A stretch of 64,000 nt of DNA from Naegleria gruberi. Taxonomy: Eukaryota. The notes under the pieces were generated by a model. The model had not been told where the DNA came from. It worked only from the letters and a program-made list of their open reading frames with translations, and did no database searches. The number at the start of each line of letters is the position of its first letter. Position 1 is the stretch's first letter. The stretch is from assembly GCA_000004985.1 (NCBI GenBank), contig GG738873.1, one strand, 5' to 3'. The position numbers were made by a program, and so were the translations under genes. Shown one piece after another: positions 52,327 through 62,708 of the stretch.

Positions 52327-54007
52327 TTATTCTCGTGGTATTTTAATACGTTCTGTAACTCTTCCAAACAGATTTACAAATGAAAGTTCCATAATATTCG
52401 AAGATAATCTTATATAGATAAATCCAGATTCTTGTTGGAATTTCTTCAAGTATGGATGGTGGTTTGAAACATCAAAGCGAACAGCTGATCCAGCTCCAGA
52501 AATGAAATGGTTAAGAGTGTCGTATGGTTTCAAGTATTGAATACTGTGGTCATGTCCTGAAAAATAATATCTAATATCATTCTTCCTAAGGAATGGAAGT
52601 AAATGTTCAATGAGATTTTCATTGTCTCCGTGTGTGGATGCTGAATAGAATGGATGATGTCCAATTGCAATCTTCCACAATGGAATATCACTTTTCTTAT
52701 CATCGGTGGCAAATTCATTCACATTCTTTCTCAAAATATTTGTTCTCGATCTTTCAGAGTTGATGAAATATGAAATGGCATCCTCTTCTCCACTCTCAAT
52801 GTTCTCGTCTAATTGTTTCATAACAGTTTCCATGTACTTTTTTTGAGCTCGAATATCTCTGGTTTTGTGGAGGGCTTCCTTATTCATTTTAGGATGAGTA
52901 TAATACTTGTGAATGAATGGATTAGTATCGAAAAACAAAAATTGAACTCTAAAATCAAAATTTCCAACTAGATTTCCAATAGTGTCAGTTCCATCTTTGG
53001 AAAGAAGTTGAATTCTCTTCTCTGGGAAGTACATTGTCTCTGAAAAATACTCTGATGCAATATATAAACGTTTGGATGAAGAAGGGTGATTGGTATATTC
53101 GATTTGAGCTGCTGGATTGGATCTATAATCTAAATTATTTAATAATATTAATCCAATTATTATAAAAATTATTGAAATTCCACATACCATGATTTCCCAA
53201 AACAGATAAGAATGGAATTTTTTGCAAACTTTCATGTTTGTACACATTTTCAAAACTCTCCTTAAACAAAGGATCATCTACAGATTTTACACCCTCTATT
53301 ATTATTATTAATATTGAAATAATTAAATTTCCACTCCAAACAGTAAACTTACCTTGATAGAAATTATCTCCAGTTGAAATAGCAAAATCACATCCAAAAT
53401 TTTGACAATAATATCCCATCTGCTCTGCAACATGTGACTGATTGAATGCTCCCTTTCTTCCCCAATCCCCAAATACTATAAACTTTAAAAACTTTTCATC
53501 AGATTTTGAAGAATACTTCAAATGCCAATCATTCTTATCATTACTCGAAACAACAGAATAAATTCCAATCTTGAATTGATCCATCTCTTCATCAGTCAAT
53601 ACAAAAAACACAACACTCATCAAAATAATGGTCGACAATATTATCAACAAGGAACAAATCAAACACATGGAAAAATAGGGCGAATTTCTAATAATTCCAA
53701 ATTGTGAAAGTTTTTGATGTTTCTGTTGCCACATTGACAAGAATCCAGAATCTTTCTTACTATCCGAATATGAAGAATAGGATGATGGTAATGTTGATGA
53801 AAATTGGAAAGTAGATGTTACAGTACTCGGATCAGATGAATATTCCCCACCACCACTATTACCCTGTCCACTATTCGATGCTCGGAACATTCCACCACCA
53901 ACACTATCGACACCTACTCCTCCTCCAGCACCTCCAGCACCAGCACCTCGAAATGATAATAAATTATTGCTCGAGAAGGTTTTTCTATTGTTGAGGAGGT
54001 GAGCCAT
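52327..54007 (-). CDS. Membrane-anchored purple/tartrate-resistant acid phosphatase (ACP5-like calcineurin-type metallophosphoesterase). join(52327..53129,53188..53295,53353..54007).
   Basis: ATG follows an A-run. A G/S-rich N-terminus precedes a TM helix (FSMCLICSLLIILSTIILMSVVFFVL). Phosphatase motifs are GDWG, GDNFY, GNHD and GHDH. Two introns were found by alignment to ACP5. A 57-nt in-frame GTAAGT intron removes an 18-aa hydrophobic insertion after GDNFYQ. A 58-nt GTATGT intron splits GNH|D and explains the two overlapping ORFs in different frames. Confidence 0.8.
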
Positions 54008-54328
54008 TTTTTTTGGTAATGAAATTGATTTAAAATTGGCAAGTCAGTGATAAATTATAAATTGGTGGAACACGTGTCATTGATGAAGATTGTGTGAAAT
54101 TGGGAAATGTTTTCAGAGGAAAATGAAAAGGATGGAAACAACACAGTTTATTATCACTTTGAGAGCTCAAAAAGATCACCACTCTTTCGAAATTGAGGAT
54201 GATGATAATATTATAGAAAATTTCTCTGTTGCACACAATACTTTCCAACTCCTTTAATATCTTAATATTTTTTTGTAATTTAGTATTAAACATTTTATTA
54301 AACATTTAATTTTCATTTACAAAAAAAA

Positions 54329-56401
54329 ATGCCATTCTTTGAAGACTTTCTCACCACTCCAGCACGATCAAATAATACCAATCATCAACCAAAGAAAAAA
54401 CCCACATCCACTAATAACAAACAACAACAACAAAATACATCAACAACACAAATGGTCGATGATGTTGTAGAAGTAAATTCCGATGATTCCGATGCCATTG
54501 TTTCATCACCCTCCACTGCAACTCATAAACGAAGGATTCCCAAAGTATTAAATCATACCAAACCCATTGTTGTTATTGATGATAAAGATGAGAGGAGTAG
54601 CAGTGGTGCTGCTGCAATTGTTATTGAAATTGATGATATGACAAAGCCTAAGGTGAAGAGAGAACGTTCGGATGATGTGGTTTTTGTATCATCAAAGAAA
54701 GTGGTGGTGCAATCGACTTTATCGGAGCCTTCAATTGTTGCATCTTATAATAATAATGGAAGCAATAATAGTAATAATATGAATAATATGAATAATATGA
54801 ATAATAGTAGTAGTACTTTATCAAATTCGACAACTACAATGGGCAGTACTGTTGCAGCAATGACACAAGAAAAATCACAATCTAATAATTCATCGATTAA
54901 TAGTGGAGAAAAGAGCAATCATTCCTCTAATAATTTGGAAAGTAATAATTCGAGCCAGTTTTCACAAGTTTCAACGAGTGCTAATAGTGCTATTACTACT
55001 ACTGTCCAGACTACACCAATAGGAAACAATAATTCCAGTAATGGCGTGGCAGTTGTAGGTTCGCCCGATGTCATTGCCAAATTACCAAAACCTAAAATTG
55101 AGGAAAATTCAATAATACCATCATTACAGCAAGCTAATCCTATTGTGAATAATCAACAACAAATGGGAAATGTCAATGCAGATATGAGAAATAATTCGAA
55201 CCCCTCTATAACAAGTGGAAATAATCAAACATCACAACAGAAAGATAACCTCAATCAAGTGACTTTAAAAATTCCAAATAATTCCACACAATCTGTTAGA
55301 ACAGTGAGCCTAACTTCTTCAAACATTCCTCCTCAACAACAGCAAAATATTGCAAAACCAAAAGAAACTATCCCAACAGTACCAACTCCACCTTCTCCAA
55401 TTTTCCAACCCAACCAAAATCCTGTAAATACCAGAATACCAAGCCCTGCTAGCAATGTAACAAATCCTACCAATCAAATTAACAGACCTGTAAATAATAA
55501 TTTAACTATCGAACAACTCACGCAACAAACTCTAATCACAATTGAAAATTTGAAAAGGAGAGTTGAGTTTAGTACTGTGTCATGCCCTGTAACACGAAAA
55601 ATCGTTACTAATCCAGTTTTGGCTAGTGATGGAATTGTATATGATAGAACGTTCATTCTGTCCTACATTTCTGAGCATGGAAGTTATAGCCCTATAGTGA
55701 AAGGATGTAAAATAACTGAGTCTTCTCTCATTAATGTTGATAGCATATATGCAAAGGCTGTATTAATGATTGAGTGTAGAATTTCAAAAATAATTGAAAT
55801 ACTTCAAAGCCCTGATTTTTTAAAGCTAGCTCCCTTAATACCGGAAAATTATTTGGATTTGATTAAGTTTGCTTTGGATTTAATGGCAGAAGGGAAACTA
55901 AATACACCTTCCACACCAAAATTTATTGAATTTTTAAGAAAGAACAAAGCCAAGTTACTATCTCATTACAGTTCCAAGTTGAAACAACAAGGGAGAAACG
56001 ATCAATCGTTGTACATACTTATGGAAAGTTATGAAATGCACAAAATTGGATGCCACTGTGACGATATTGCTTCTGTCATAGTTTCACTTTTGACTGAAAC
56101 TAAGGAACAAAATGTTGTGAATGAGGAAAAGAAAGCAGAATTGATACGAGATCTTTTTACGATTTCAAATTTGTCTCTTCCTAAATTATTGACCTATTTT
56201 AATATTGAGAAAGATTTTGCCATAATATTGGACATACTTTCAGTAATGATCAAACGAAACATGTGTAGATATGAGGCAATTTCAACTTTTATAATTCAAA
56301 CAATAACTGAGATCAATAAGGGAGAAATAGACAATCCATTTTACAAACAAATTTTGTTTTTCAGGGATCAATTAGTGATTTGCAGAAAGGAAATGGAATA
56401 A
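54329..56401 (+). CDS. U-box domain protein (690 aa) with a long N/Q/S-rich low-complexity N-terminal half
   Basis: aaaaaaaaATG start. Residues about 395-460 fit the U-box consensus (FSTVSCPVTRKIVTNPVLASDGIVYDRTFILSYISEHGSYSPIVKGCKITESSLINVDSIYAKAV). The upstream half is poly-N/Q/S/T. Confidence 0.65.
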   Translation: MPFFEDFLTTPARSNNTNHQPKKKPTSTNNKQQQQNTSTTQMVDDVVEVNSDDSDAIVSSPSTATHKRRIPKVLNHTKPIVVIDDKDERSSSGAAAIVIEIDDMTKPKVKRERSDDVVFVSSKKVVVQSTLSEPSIVASYNNNGSNNSNNMNNMNNMNNSSSTLSNSTTTMGSTVAAMTQEKSQSNNSSINSGEKSNHSSNNLESNNSSQFSQVSTSANSAITTTVQTTPIGNNNSSNGVAVVGSPDVIAKLPKPKIEENSIIPSLQQANPIVNNQQQMGNVNADMRNNSNPSITSGNNQTSQQKDNLNQVTLKIPNNSTQSVRTVSLTSSNIPPQQQQNIAKPKETIPTVPTPPSPIFQPNQNPVNTRIPSPASNVTNPTNQINRPVNNNLTIEQLTQQTLITIENLKRRVEFSTVSCPVTRKIVTNPVLASDGIVYDRTFILSYISEHGSYSPIVKGCKITESSLINVDSIYAKAVLMIECRISKIIEILQSPDFLKLAPLIPENYLDLIKFALDLMAEGKLNTPSTPKFIEFLRKNKAKLLSHYSSKLKQQGRNDQSLYILMESYEMHKIGCHCDDIASVIVSLLTETKEQNVVNEEKKAELIRDLFTISNLSLPKLLTYFNIEKDFAIILDILSVMIKRNMCRYEAISTFIIQTITEINKGEIDNPFYKQILFFRDQLVICRKEME

Positions 56402-56419
56402 ATTTATTTAAATTGGCAG

Positions 56420-58750
56420 TTATCTATCTGAAGATGAACCAACATTTGATTTTTTCAAAGGTGGCTCAAGAGAAGAAGTAGGGAAAGATGGGAATGGTGA
56501 AGGAGTCCAAGGAGCAAATGGGTTTGATGGAAGAGGAGTCATACCAGGGAAAAGACCAGGGTTCAAAGGGGAAGGATGAGGCATTTGACCCATTTGACTC
56601 ATAGCGTTTGACATATCTGCAACAGGCATTGGTTGCATTCCATGATAGCCTAGAGGAGTCATAGGTTGATGATGGTGATGAACTGTATGAATTGATGGTT
56701 GTTGTTCATGTGCTTGAAGGCCAAACATTTCAATCTTATTTCTATTAAATCCACATTGGAAGAAGAAGTGATTGTCTTTTTCTAACCATTTCTTTTCTTC
56801 GATATCAAGTTGAATATCAGGATCCATGAATTTTGCTTGACACTTTCCCTTGATACTAACCAAAGGACCATAGTGCATATCTTCATGAGTAAGGAAGATT
56901 TCCTTTTCACATGGATAATCATGATGTTTTCTACATTTTGATTGGTTTGTTGCTTCTTCGATATTACATCCAAATCCTTGTAAATCACTCCATCTGTAGT
57001 ACCATTGCCCAACAAATCTCATTTCATCATTCTTTGTTTGAACAAAGTTTACAATTTTACAAACCCAATATTTTTCGATATCTTTTCTTTCATCAAGAGC
57101 CTCGTCCTTATCTTGTCTATCCTCTGAATCACAATCCTCAGGAGAGACAAAAACTATATCGTTAACTCGGTAAACAATTCCATCCTTCAATAAATGAGCA
57201 TAAAAATAGTCTCCATTATCATTTAATCCAACAGGTTCACCTAGCCAAGACATTCCTGAACTCATTGGATAAAGTTGTGCATTTGGATCGTGAGAAGAAT
57301 ACATTTGAGGCATATGATTTGGGAACATTGGAAGGAATGGATTATACATCATATTCATATCATTCATTGGCCATGGATTGGCATTAGGATCAATATATGG
57401 ATTTGGAGCATACTGGTTAATCATTTCTCCTTCCTCAGGTTGAGTTTCCTTTTTTCTCTTTTTTGTTGTTGATCCCTTTTTTGTTTTTTTACCTGTTTGT
57501 TGTTTTGGTGAAGTACAACCTGTAGTAAATTTTGAGTAATCAACTTTTGTTGTAGTGGTACAGGCCTTTGTTACAACCTTAACTGTTGGATTGAGAGGCA
57601 TTGGTTGATTCAAATATTTGGAAATGTTAGCATCCTTTTTCACAAAAGTTTTGAATTCAGCAGAGAAAATTGTAAAATGATAATCATCAGATGAGTCTGT
57701 TGGGGTGTACTTTACACAAAGTCTGAAAGGCATATATTGAAATCTCTTTGAACAATATAAACTATTGATACCAAAACGTATTACAATTTCTTCATCTGAT
57801 GATCTATGTAAACTAGAAATATTAATAGTAGATTTGTCTTCTGACTTTTTAGGTTGGGAAGATCCTTTCTTTTTTGATACAGTTGCCTTCTTTTTCTTTG
57901 AACTTGTTTTACCATCAGCAACTGGGGAAGTAGGATCTTCTGGGAAAACAGGGATACGATCATTATATCCCATTACAAGAAACATATCAATTCCTTCCAT
58001 AATTTTAACTTGATTCTTTCCAGCAAATATCTTTTCACTACAAACAATTCTAACATCATACTTATGTTTCCATGTAAGTGTATAAAGTACTTCTGGGAAT
58101 TCTTCTGTGAATGTGGTGTGCCTAGAACCCTTAACAAACAGTCTAACATTAAATGTTGGAGCATGTGGGTTATGTTGTTGTTGGTGAAAATGTTCGGAAA
58201 CTGTTGTTCCTGAATTAGGAAGATTAGGTTTTTCATCTTGATCACTTGGGATACAGTATTGACTCCAATCCAATCTTGTTCCGACACTGATGCAATCAGT
58301 TACATAATGTTCATATACTATTGGTAAGTGGTATTTCAAAGCATGGTTAATTCTTTCTTTGTCATGATTGTTAGAGTTAGGAGTTATAAGTATATTAACT
58401 TTTTCATTTGGAGCATCAAAGAATTGACCTCCATTAGAAATAATTTTAAACTTTAAATCTTCAAGATGTGGATCTAAAAGAGCCTGAGAAAAACAGACAA
58501 GAAACCCTTCGAATATCTTTTCTTGAAGCCCAAAATGGGAGTTATACATATCATTAGTTGTCTCTGCAGCTGCTTGAACAATTACATGTTGGTCAGTTGC
58601 TGTAGCAGAGTAATCATTATGTTGTTGTTGGTTTAATCCCTCCGAATTATCTAAAATAAAACCTTGGTTATATGATGATGATTGTTCTGATGACACTGAT
58701 TCATCATCGGTTCTTTCATCGTCTTCAGTCTTAAAATTTGTAATGTTCAT
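56420..58750 (-). CDS. BRCT-like plus BAH domain nuclear protein (776 aa)
   Basis: The N-terminus is BRCT-like (FEGFLVCFSQALL...KIISNGGQF...VNILITP...IVYEHYVTDCISVGTRLDWSQY). K-rich low-complexity linkers follow. The C-terminus is BAH-like (NDIVFVSPED...KYWVCKIVNFVQTKNDEMRFVGQWYYRWSD...FLTHEDMHYGPLVSIKGKC). Confidence 0.6.
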   Translation of the reverse strand: MNITNFKTEDDERTDDESVSSEQSSSYNQGFILDNSEGLNQQQHNDYSATATDQHVIVQAAAETTNDMYNSHFGLQEKIFEGFLVCFSQALLDPHLEDLKFKIISNGGQFFDAPNEKVNILITPNSNNHDKERINHALKYHLPIVYEHYVTDCISVGTRLDWSQYCIPSDQDEKPNLPNSGTTVSEHFHQQQHNPHAPTFNVRLFVKGSRHTTFTEEFPEVLYTLTWKHKYDVRIVCSEKIFAGKNQVKIMEGIDMFLVMGYNDRIPVFPEDPTSPVADGKTSSKKKKATVSKKKGSSQPKKSEDKSTINISSLHRSSDEEIVIRFGINSLYCSKRFQYMPFRLCVKYTPTDSSDDYHFTIFSAEFKTFVKKDANISKYLNQPMPLNPTVKVVTKACTTTTKVDYSKFTTGCTSPKQQTGKKTKKGSTTKKRKKETQPEEGEMINQYAPNPYIDPNANPWPMNDMNMMYNPFLPMFPNHMPQMYSSHDPNAQLYPMSSGMSWLGEPVGLNDNGDYFYAHLLKDGIVYRVNDIVFVSPEDCDSEDRQDKDEALDERKDIEKYWVCKIVNFVQTKNDEMRFVGQWYYRWSDLQGFGCNIEEATNQSKCRKHHDYPCEKEIFLTHEDMHYGPLVSIKGKCQAKFMDPDIQLDIEEKKWLEKDNHFFFQCGFNRNKIEMFGLQAHEQQPSIHTVHHHHQPMTPLGYHGMQPMPVADMSNAMSQMGQMPHPSPLNPGLFPGMTPLPSNPFAPWTPSPFPSFPTSSLEPPLKKSNVGSSSDR

Positions 58751-59021
58751 ATTATTATATACTATCTAGTCGTCCGATTATAATCAGCCAACTATTCCAA
58801 GAACCGATGATAGATGATGTTAGTCAAAAAATACTATTTATTATCCAGCCAGGAGAGAACACTTTTGTAGATGAGAAAGTGTTGGGTGTGATGATATTTT
58901 TTTATTTAATAAAATAAATATGTATTTTTATTTGCTGGCTAAAATACCGCCCAAATTATTTTCCACTGATTGCTTCTTCTTGTAATTGGGCCTCAAAATT
59001 TATTGCAATAAAACTAATTTA

Positions 59022-60128
59022 TTACCACTCTAGAGATTTATCTTGGGATGGCTTCTTATCTTGTGGTGTTGAGGCAGCATCTGTTTGAGATGAAGATGAT
59101 GATTGTTGTTCAATCTCTTTGGCCATTGCTTCTCTACCTGCTCTTGCTTGACCATGAGATGAGTATAAAGTAATTCTGGCAGTACCCTTGTTAAGACCTT
59201 CAAGGAAGACACATGCTCTACACAATTCTTGACTACTAATATAACCACACTTGACACAGTTCATCAAAGTTCTCTTTTTTACAGTGGAATCCTCTGAGAT
59301 TGTTTCATTGGTAAATTCAAATTGTTCAGCAGATTTAACAATATCAATAATTGTTTGAGGTCGTAATTGTTCCAAATCCTTGATAAGTTCTCTAGCATGT
59401 CCTCTGTAAGCATTTGGAGAATAAGAGCACTCAGTACTAAAGTAATCTAATTTCTTAAAATAGGCGTAGAGAACAATTTCCTTTTGATAAGTATACTTGA
59501 ATGGTTTGGCTCTTGGAATGCTAAAACCTCCTTCATCATGTGTAATAATATCAACACATCGTTCAAGTCTTCCAATATCTCCTCTAAGAATATTCATCAA
59601 AACAGTTTCAGCAATATCATCGGCATTGTGACCAGTTACCATCTTGTCAACCTTTAATTGTTCACATCCTCTATCAAGTGCTTGTCTTCTGAAAACTCCA
59701 CAGAATGTACAGTTATTCTTCAATCCGATTTGTTGAACAATTTCATCCATTGACCATCCATATAATTCTTTATAACTTAAAATTTTGAGAGGTACTTGAT
59801 ATTGCTCTCTATTTCTTTTAACTGTTTCTAAACTATCATCTCTATAACCTTTAATACCTTCATCAATACTCAACAAGTATAAATCCAATCCGTAATTATA
59901 TCTTTCATTCAAAACTTTCATAATATGTGCCAACGCTGTAGAATCCTTTCCACCACTAGCAGCAATAGCAACCTTATCTCCAGGTTTAAATAAATTATTA
60001 TTAATAATAGTTTCATGAATTTCCGTCTCGAACAAGTCAAAGAAACATTCCCTACAAATGAGGGCTCCGTTCTTTGGTCTTTTAAGTGCTGCGTTTCTAG
60101 AGTTGCAGTTTGCACAAGGCTTTGGCAT
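59022..60128 (-). CDS. ctu1: Cytoplasmic tRNA 2-thiolation protein 1 (CTU1/NCS6, PP-loop ATPase)
   Basis: 368-aa ORF. It has an N-terminal Zn motif ([25 protein letters not shown]), a PP-loop ([17 protein letters not shown]) and C-terminal Cys pairs ([16 protein letters not shown]), collinear with CTU1/Ncs6. Confidence 0.85.
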   Translation of the reverse strand: MPKPCANCNSRNAALKRPKNGALICRECFFDLFETEIHETIINNNLFKPGDKVAIAASGGKDSTALAHIMKVLNERYNYGLDLYLLSIDEGIKGYRDDSLETVKRNREQYQVPLKILSYKELYGWSMDEIVQQIGLKNNCTFCGVFRRQALDRGCEQLKVDKMVTGHNADDIAETVLMNILRGDIGRLERCVDIITHDEGGFSIPRAKPFKYTYQKEIVLYAYFKKLDYFSTECSYSPNAYRGHARELIKDLEQLRPQTIIDIVKSAEQFEFTNETISEDSTVKKRTLMNCVKCGYISSQELCRACVFLEGLNKGTARITLYSSHGQARAGREAMAKEIEQQSSSSSQTDAASTPQDKKPSQDKSLEW

Positions 60129-60342
60129 ATTTTTTTTGAATTTAAAATTTATTCTTTGTTGAGGCCAAATTTCAAAATTGCATATTCAATTATTAAAAAA
60201 TTGTTTATTAGGAAAGATGACCAGTAGCTTTATTGGAATTAATTTTTTATTGAAATAATCTTTAAAAAGATGCTTTACAAAAATATGAACCTTGATATAT
60301 TTCGACTAATTAGAAGAATAATCACCAAACAAGCCTAAAAAA

Positions 60343-62612
60343 ATGCCACCAAGAAAGAAATCAGCCAAAAAGAAGGAAGAGGAAGAGAGTGACGAAGAAA
60401 TACTAGAAGAACCAACCGAATTTAATATTACAATAGATGATGATGTTAAACCTTTCACAAACGAATATGATGAATTAGTTAGATTTGATTCTCTCGAAAA
60501 GCTTCCTTCCGAAGTTGTATTTGAAATATTTAGCTTTTTACCTTCTATTCCATACTATTTTAAATTGCAATTGTTGAGTAAATTCTACAAGGAAAAGTTT
60601 CAAGAAATTATTACCCAAACAAAACATTTAGATCTTGCACCACTCAATCTTCAACATCATGCAATTTGGCCTAAAGTATGTCAAATGATCAAAGATTGTG
60701 GATCTTCATTAAAGAGTATTCAATTTGGAGAATTAAATTACAAATGGAATGAAATCAAGGAAGCAATTCTAAAGAAATGTTCCAAATTGGAAGAACTTGC
60801 ATTAGTAACTCCTACCATGTACTTTACTTCATTATTCAGAAAGGATGGCTCTTACTATGGATATTATGGTGGCCCTACTGTTGACTACTCTGAAGATAAA
60901 AAAAACAGAGATGTATGGTGTGATACTCTTACCACACTCAATGTGATTGGTTTAGAAAAGCCAAGAAAAGGCAGACGAAATCATAGTTACCTTCTCACAA
61001 GTGCCACTTTCAAATATATTCTTGAAAAATTCCCAAAGCTCAAAAATATTAATTTCATTCTTACTAATTATACAGAAATGCAAATTCAATCTCTTTATGA
61101 TGCAGTTGTAAGAAATAGAAAGAGATTACTTGAGTGGAGAGAAAAGGGTGGTAGTACTGATGGCCTTTATGAACGAACTGGAATTTGGTATGAAGAAGCT
61201 ATTGGAATTGTAGATTTTGATATTCCACACGATTTGAAAATCAATGTACAAGGAAGTATTGGAAAATTATCATCAATCGATGCTGCTAAAAATATTGTAG
61301 AAGTTTACAATATCAATCCAAATACCAAGTTTGAATTCTTATTCCAGAAGAATTCAAATGGTACATTACTAGATCAAATTATTGGTAGCCGTGCTGCTTA
61401 CAAACAAAAACATCAAGGTTAGTTGACATTTTCCCATTTTTATAACATTCCAAAGTAATTAACTATTTATTGAACAATGGAAGTCTTATTTCCAACCTGT
61501 CTGCAAATTCATGGCTCAATATTTTAAAACAACCAAATGAAAAAATCAAAAATCTTTTAGAAGAAATTACAAAATGGGTGGCCACCAAAAATGAAGGAAA
61601 AATGCTTTCTTCTGGCATATTCGCCTTAATAGTTTCAGGATGTATTTTTAATAATGTTGGAAATTTTATCAAGAATCTACAAGTTATGTTAAATAATGGC
61701 TGGTCAGATGTCAAAGACCAAAATCAAGACTTTATAACACCATCAATCATTTCGAACGAGTTGTGCACTTTTATGATTGAAAAGGCAGGATGTAAACTTA
61801 ATCCAACGACCGCTGCTACATTACTATCATCAGCTCTTTACTCTCACTTTAACTCACTTCCAATAGTTTTAAAGCTAGTTCCAGAAAAATTAGCCGAAAC
61901 ACCAACTGGGCAAGTTAAACCAACTCTCTCCCATGCCATTTCCAATTCTGATATACCTGATAGTGTAATTAATTATATTTTTGATTTTATTGTAAAGCCA
62001 AGTTATGCATTGAATGTGTTCACAAATACAGCTACTGGTGAAACTATTATTCATCAGCTGATTGCTGCTGACAGACTTGAACCTCTGCGTCTATTGCTTG
62101 ACATGCTTAAGGAACAAGAAAGAATTTCAAAAATTATTAACATTCCAAATAATTCAGGAGATACAGCACTTCATATGGCCTGCAAAAATAACAAGATTCA
62201 ACTAGCAAAAGACTTGGTAAATCATTATAGTGCTAATAAGAATTTATATAACGCCGATAATCAATTCCCTTATGATTTATTGAAAGTTAGCTCCCTTTCA
62301 TTCCTTCCTGAAATTTTAAAGCCAGATGAGGAAAAAGTTGAAGAGCTTAAAGAGTCCATAAAACAGAAGGAAAAAGAAATGCTTAAAGCACAAAAGAAAA
62401 AATCTCCAAAAAAGTCAGCAACCAAACGTAAAAAGGAAGAAAAGGAATCTGAAGAGGAGGAAGAGGAGAAACCAAGAAGGTCAACCAGAAAGAAAACCAA
62501 AAAGGAAATCCCAGTTGATTTAACTGACGATGATGAACAGGAAGTAGTTGAGGTGGAATCTGAGGAGGAAGTAAAACCAAAAAGAAAGCCAAGAACCTCG
62601 AAAAAAAAGTAA
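60343..62612 (+). CDS. F-box-like plus ankyrin-repeat protein with a K/E-rich tail. Proposed join(60343..61417,61456..62612).
   Basis: The 359-aa ORF (aaaaaaATG; F-box-like LEKLPSEVVFEIFSFLPSIPYYFKLQLLSKF) ends in HQG followed by TAG, where G|GTTAGT is a donor. A 38-nt intron (acceptor ccaaag at 61455) joins it in frame to the 380-aa ORF. That ORF has no ATG of its own (its track start is a TTG). It contains ankyrin repeats (GDTALHMACKNNKIQLAKDLVNH) and a lysine/glutamate tail. Confidence 0.5.
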
Positions 62613-62708
62613 CAGTATTTCCAATGAGTATCAATAATATCACCTTAGAATTGTTTAATAAATTGACATTAATTAGAAACAAGTTTTACAAAAACCAACC
62701 TTTAAAAA

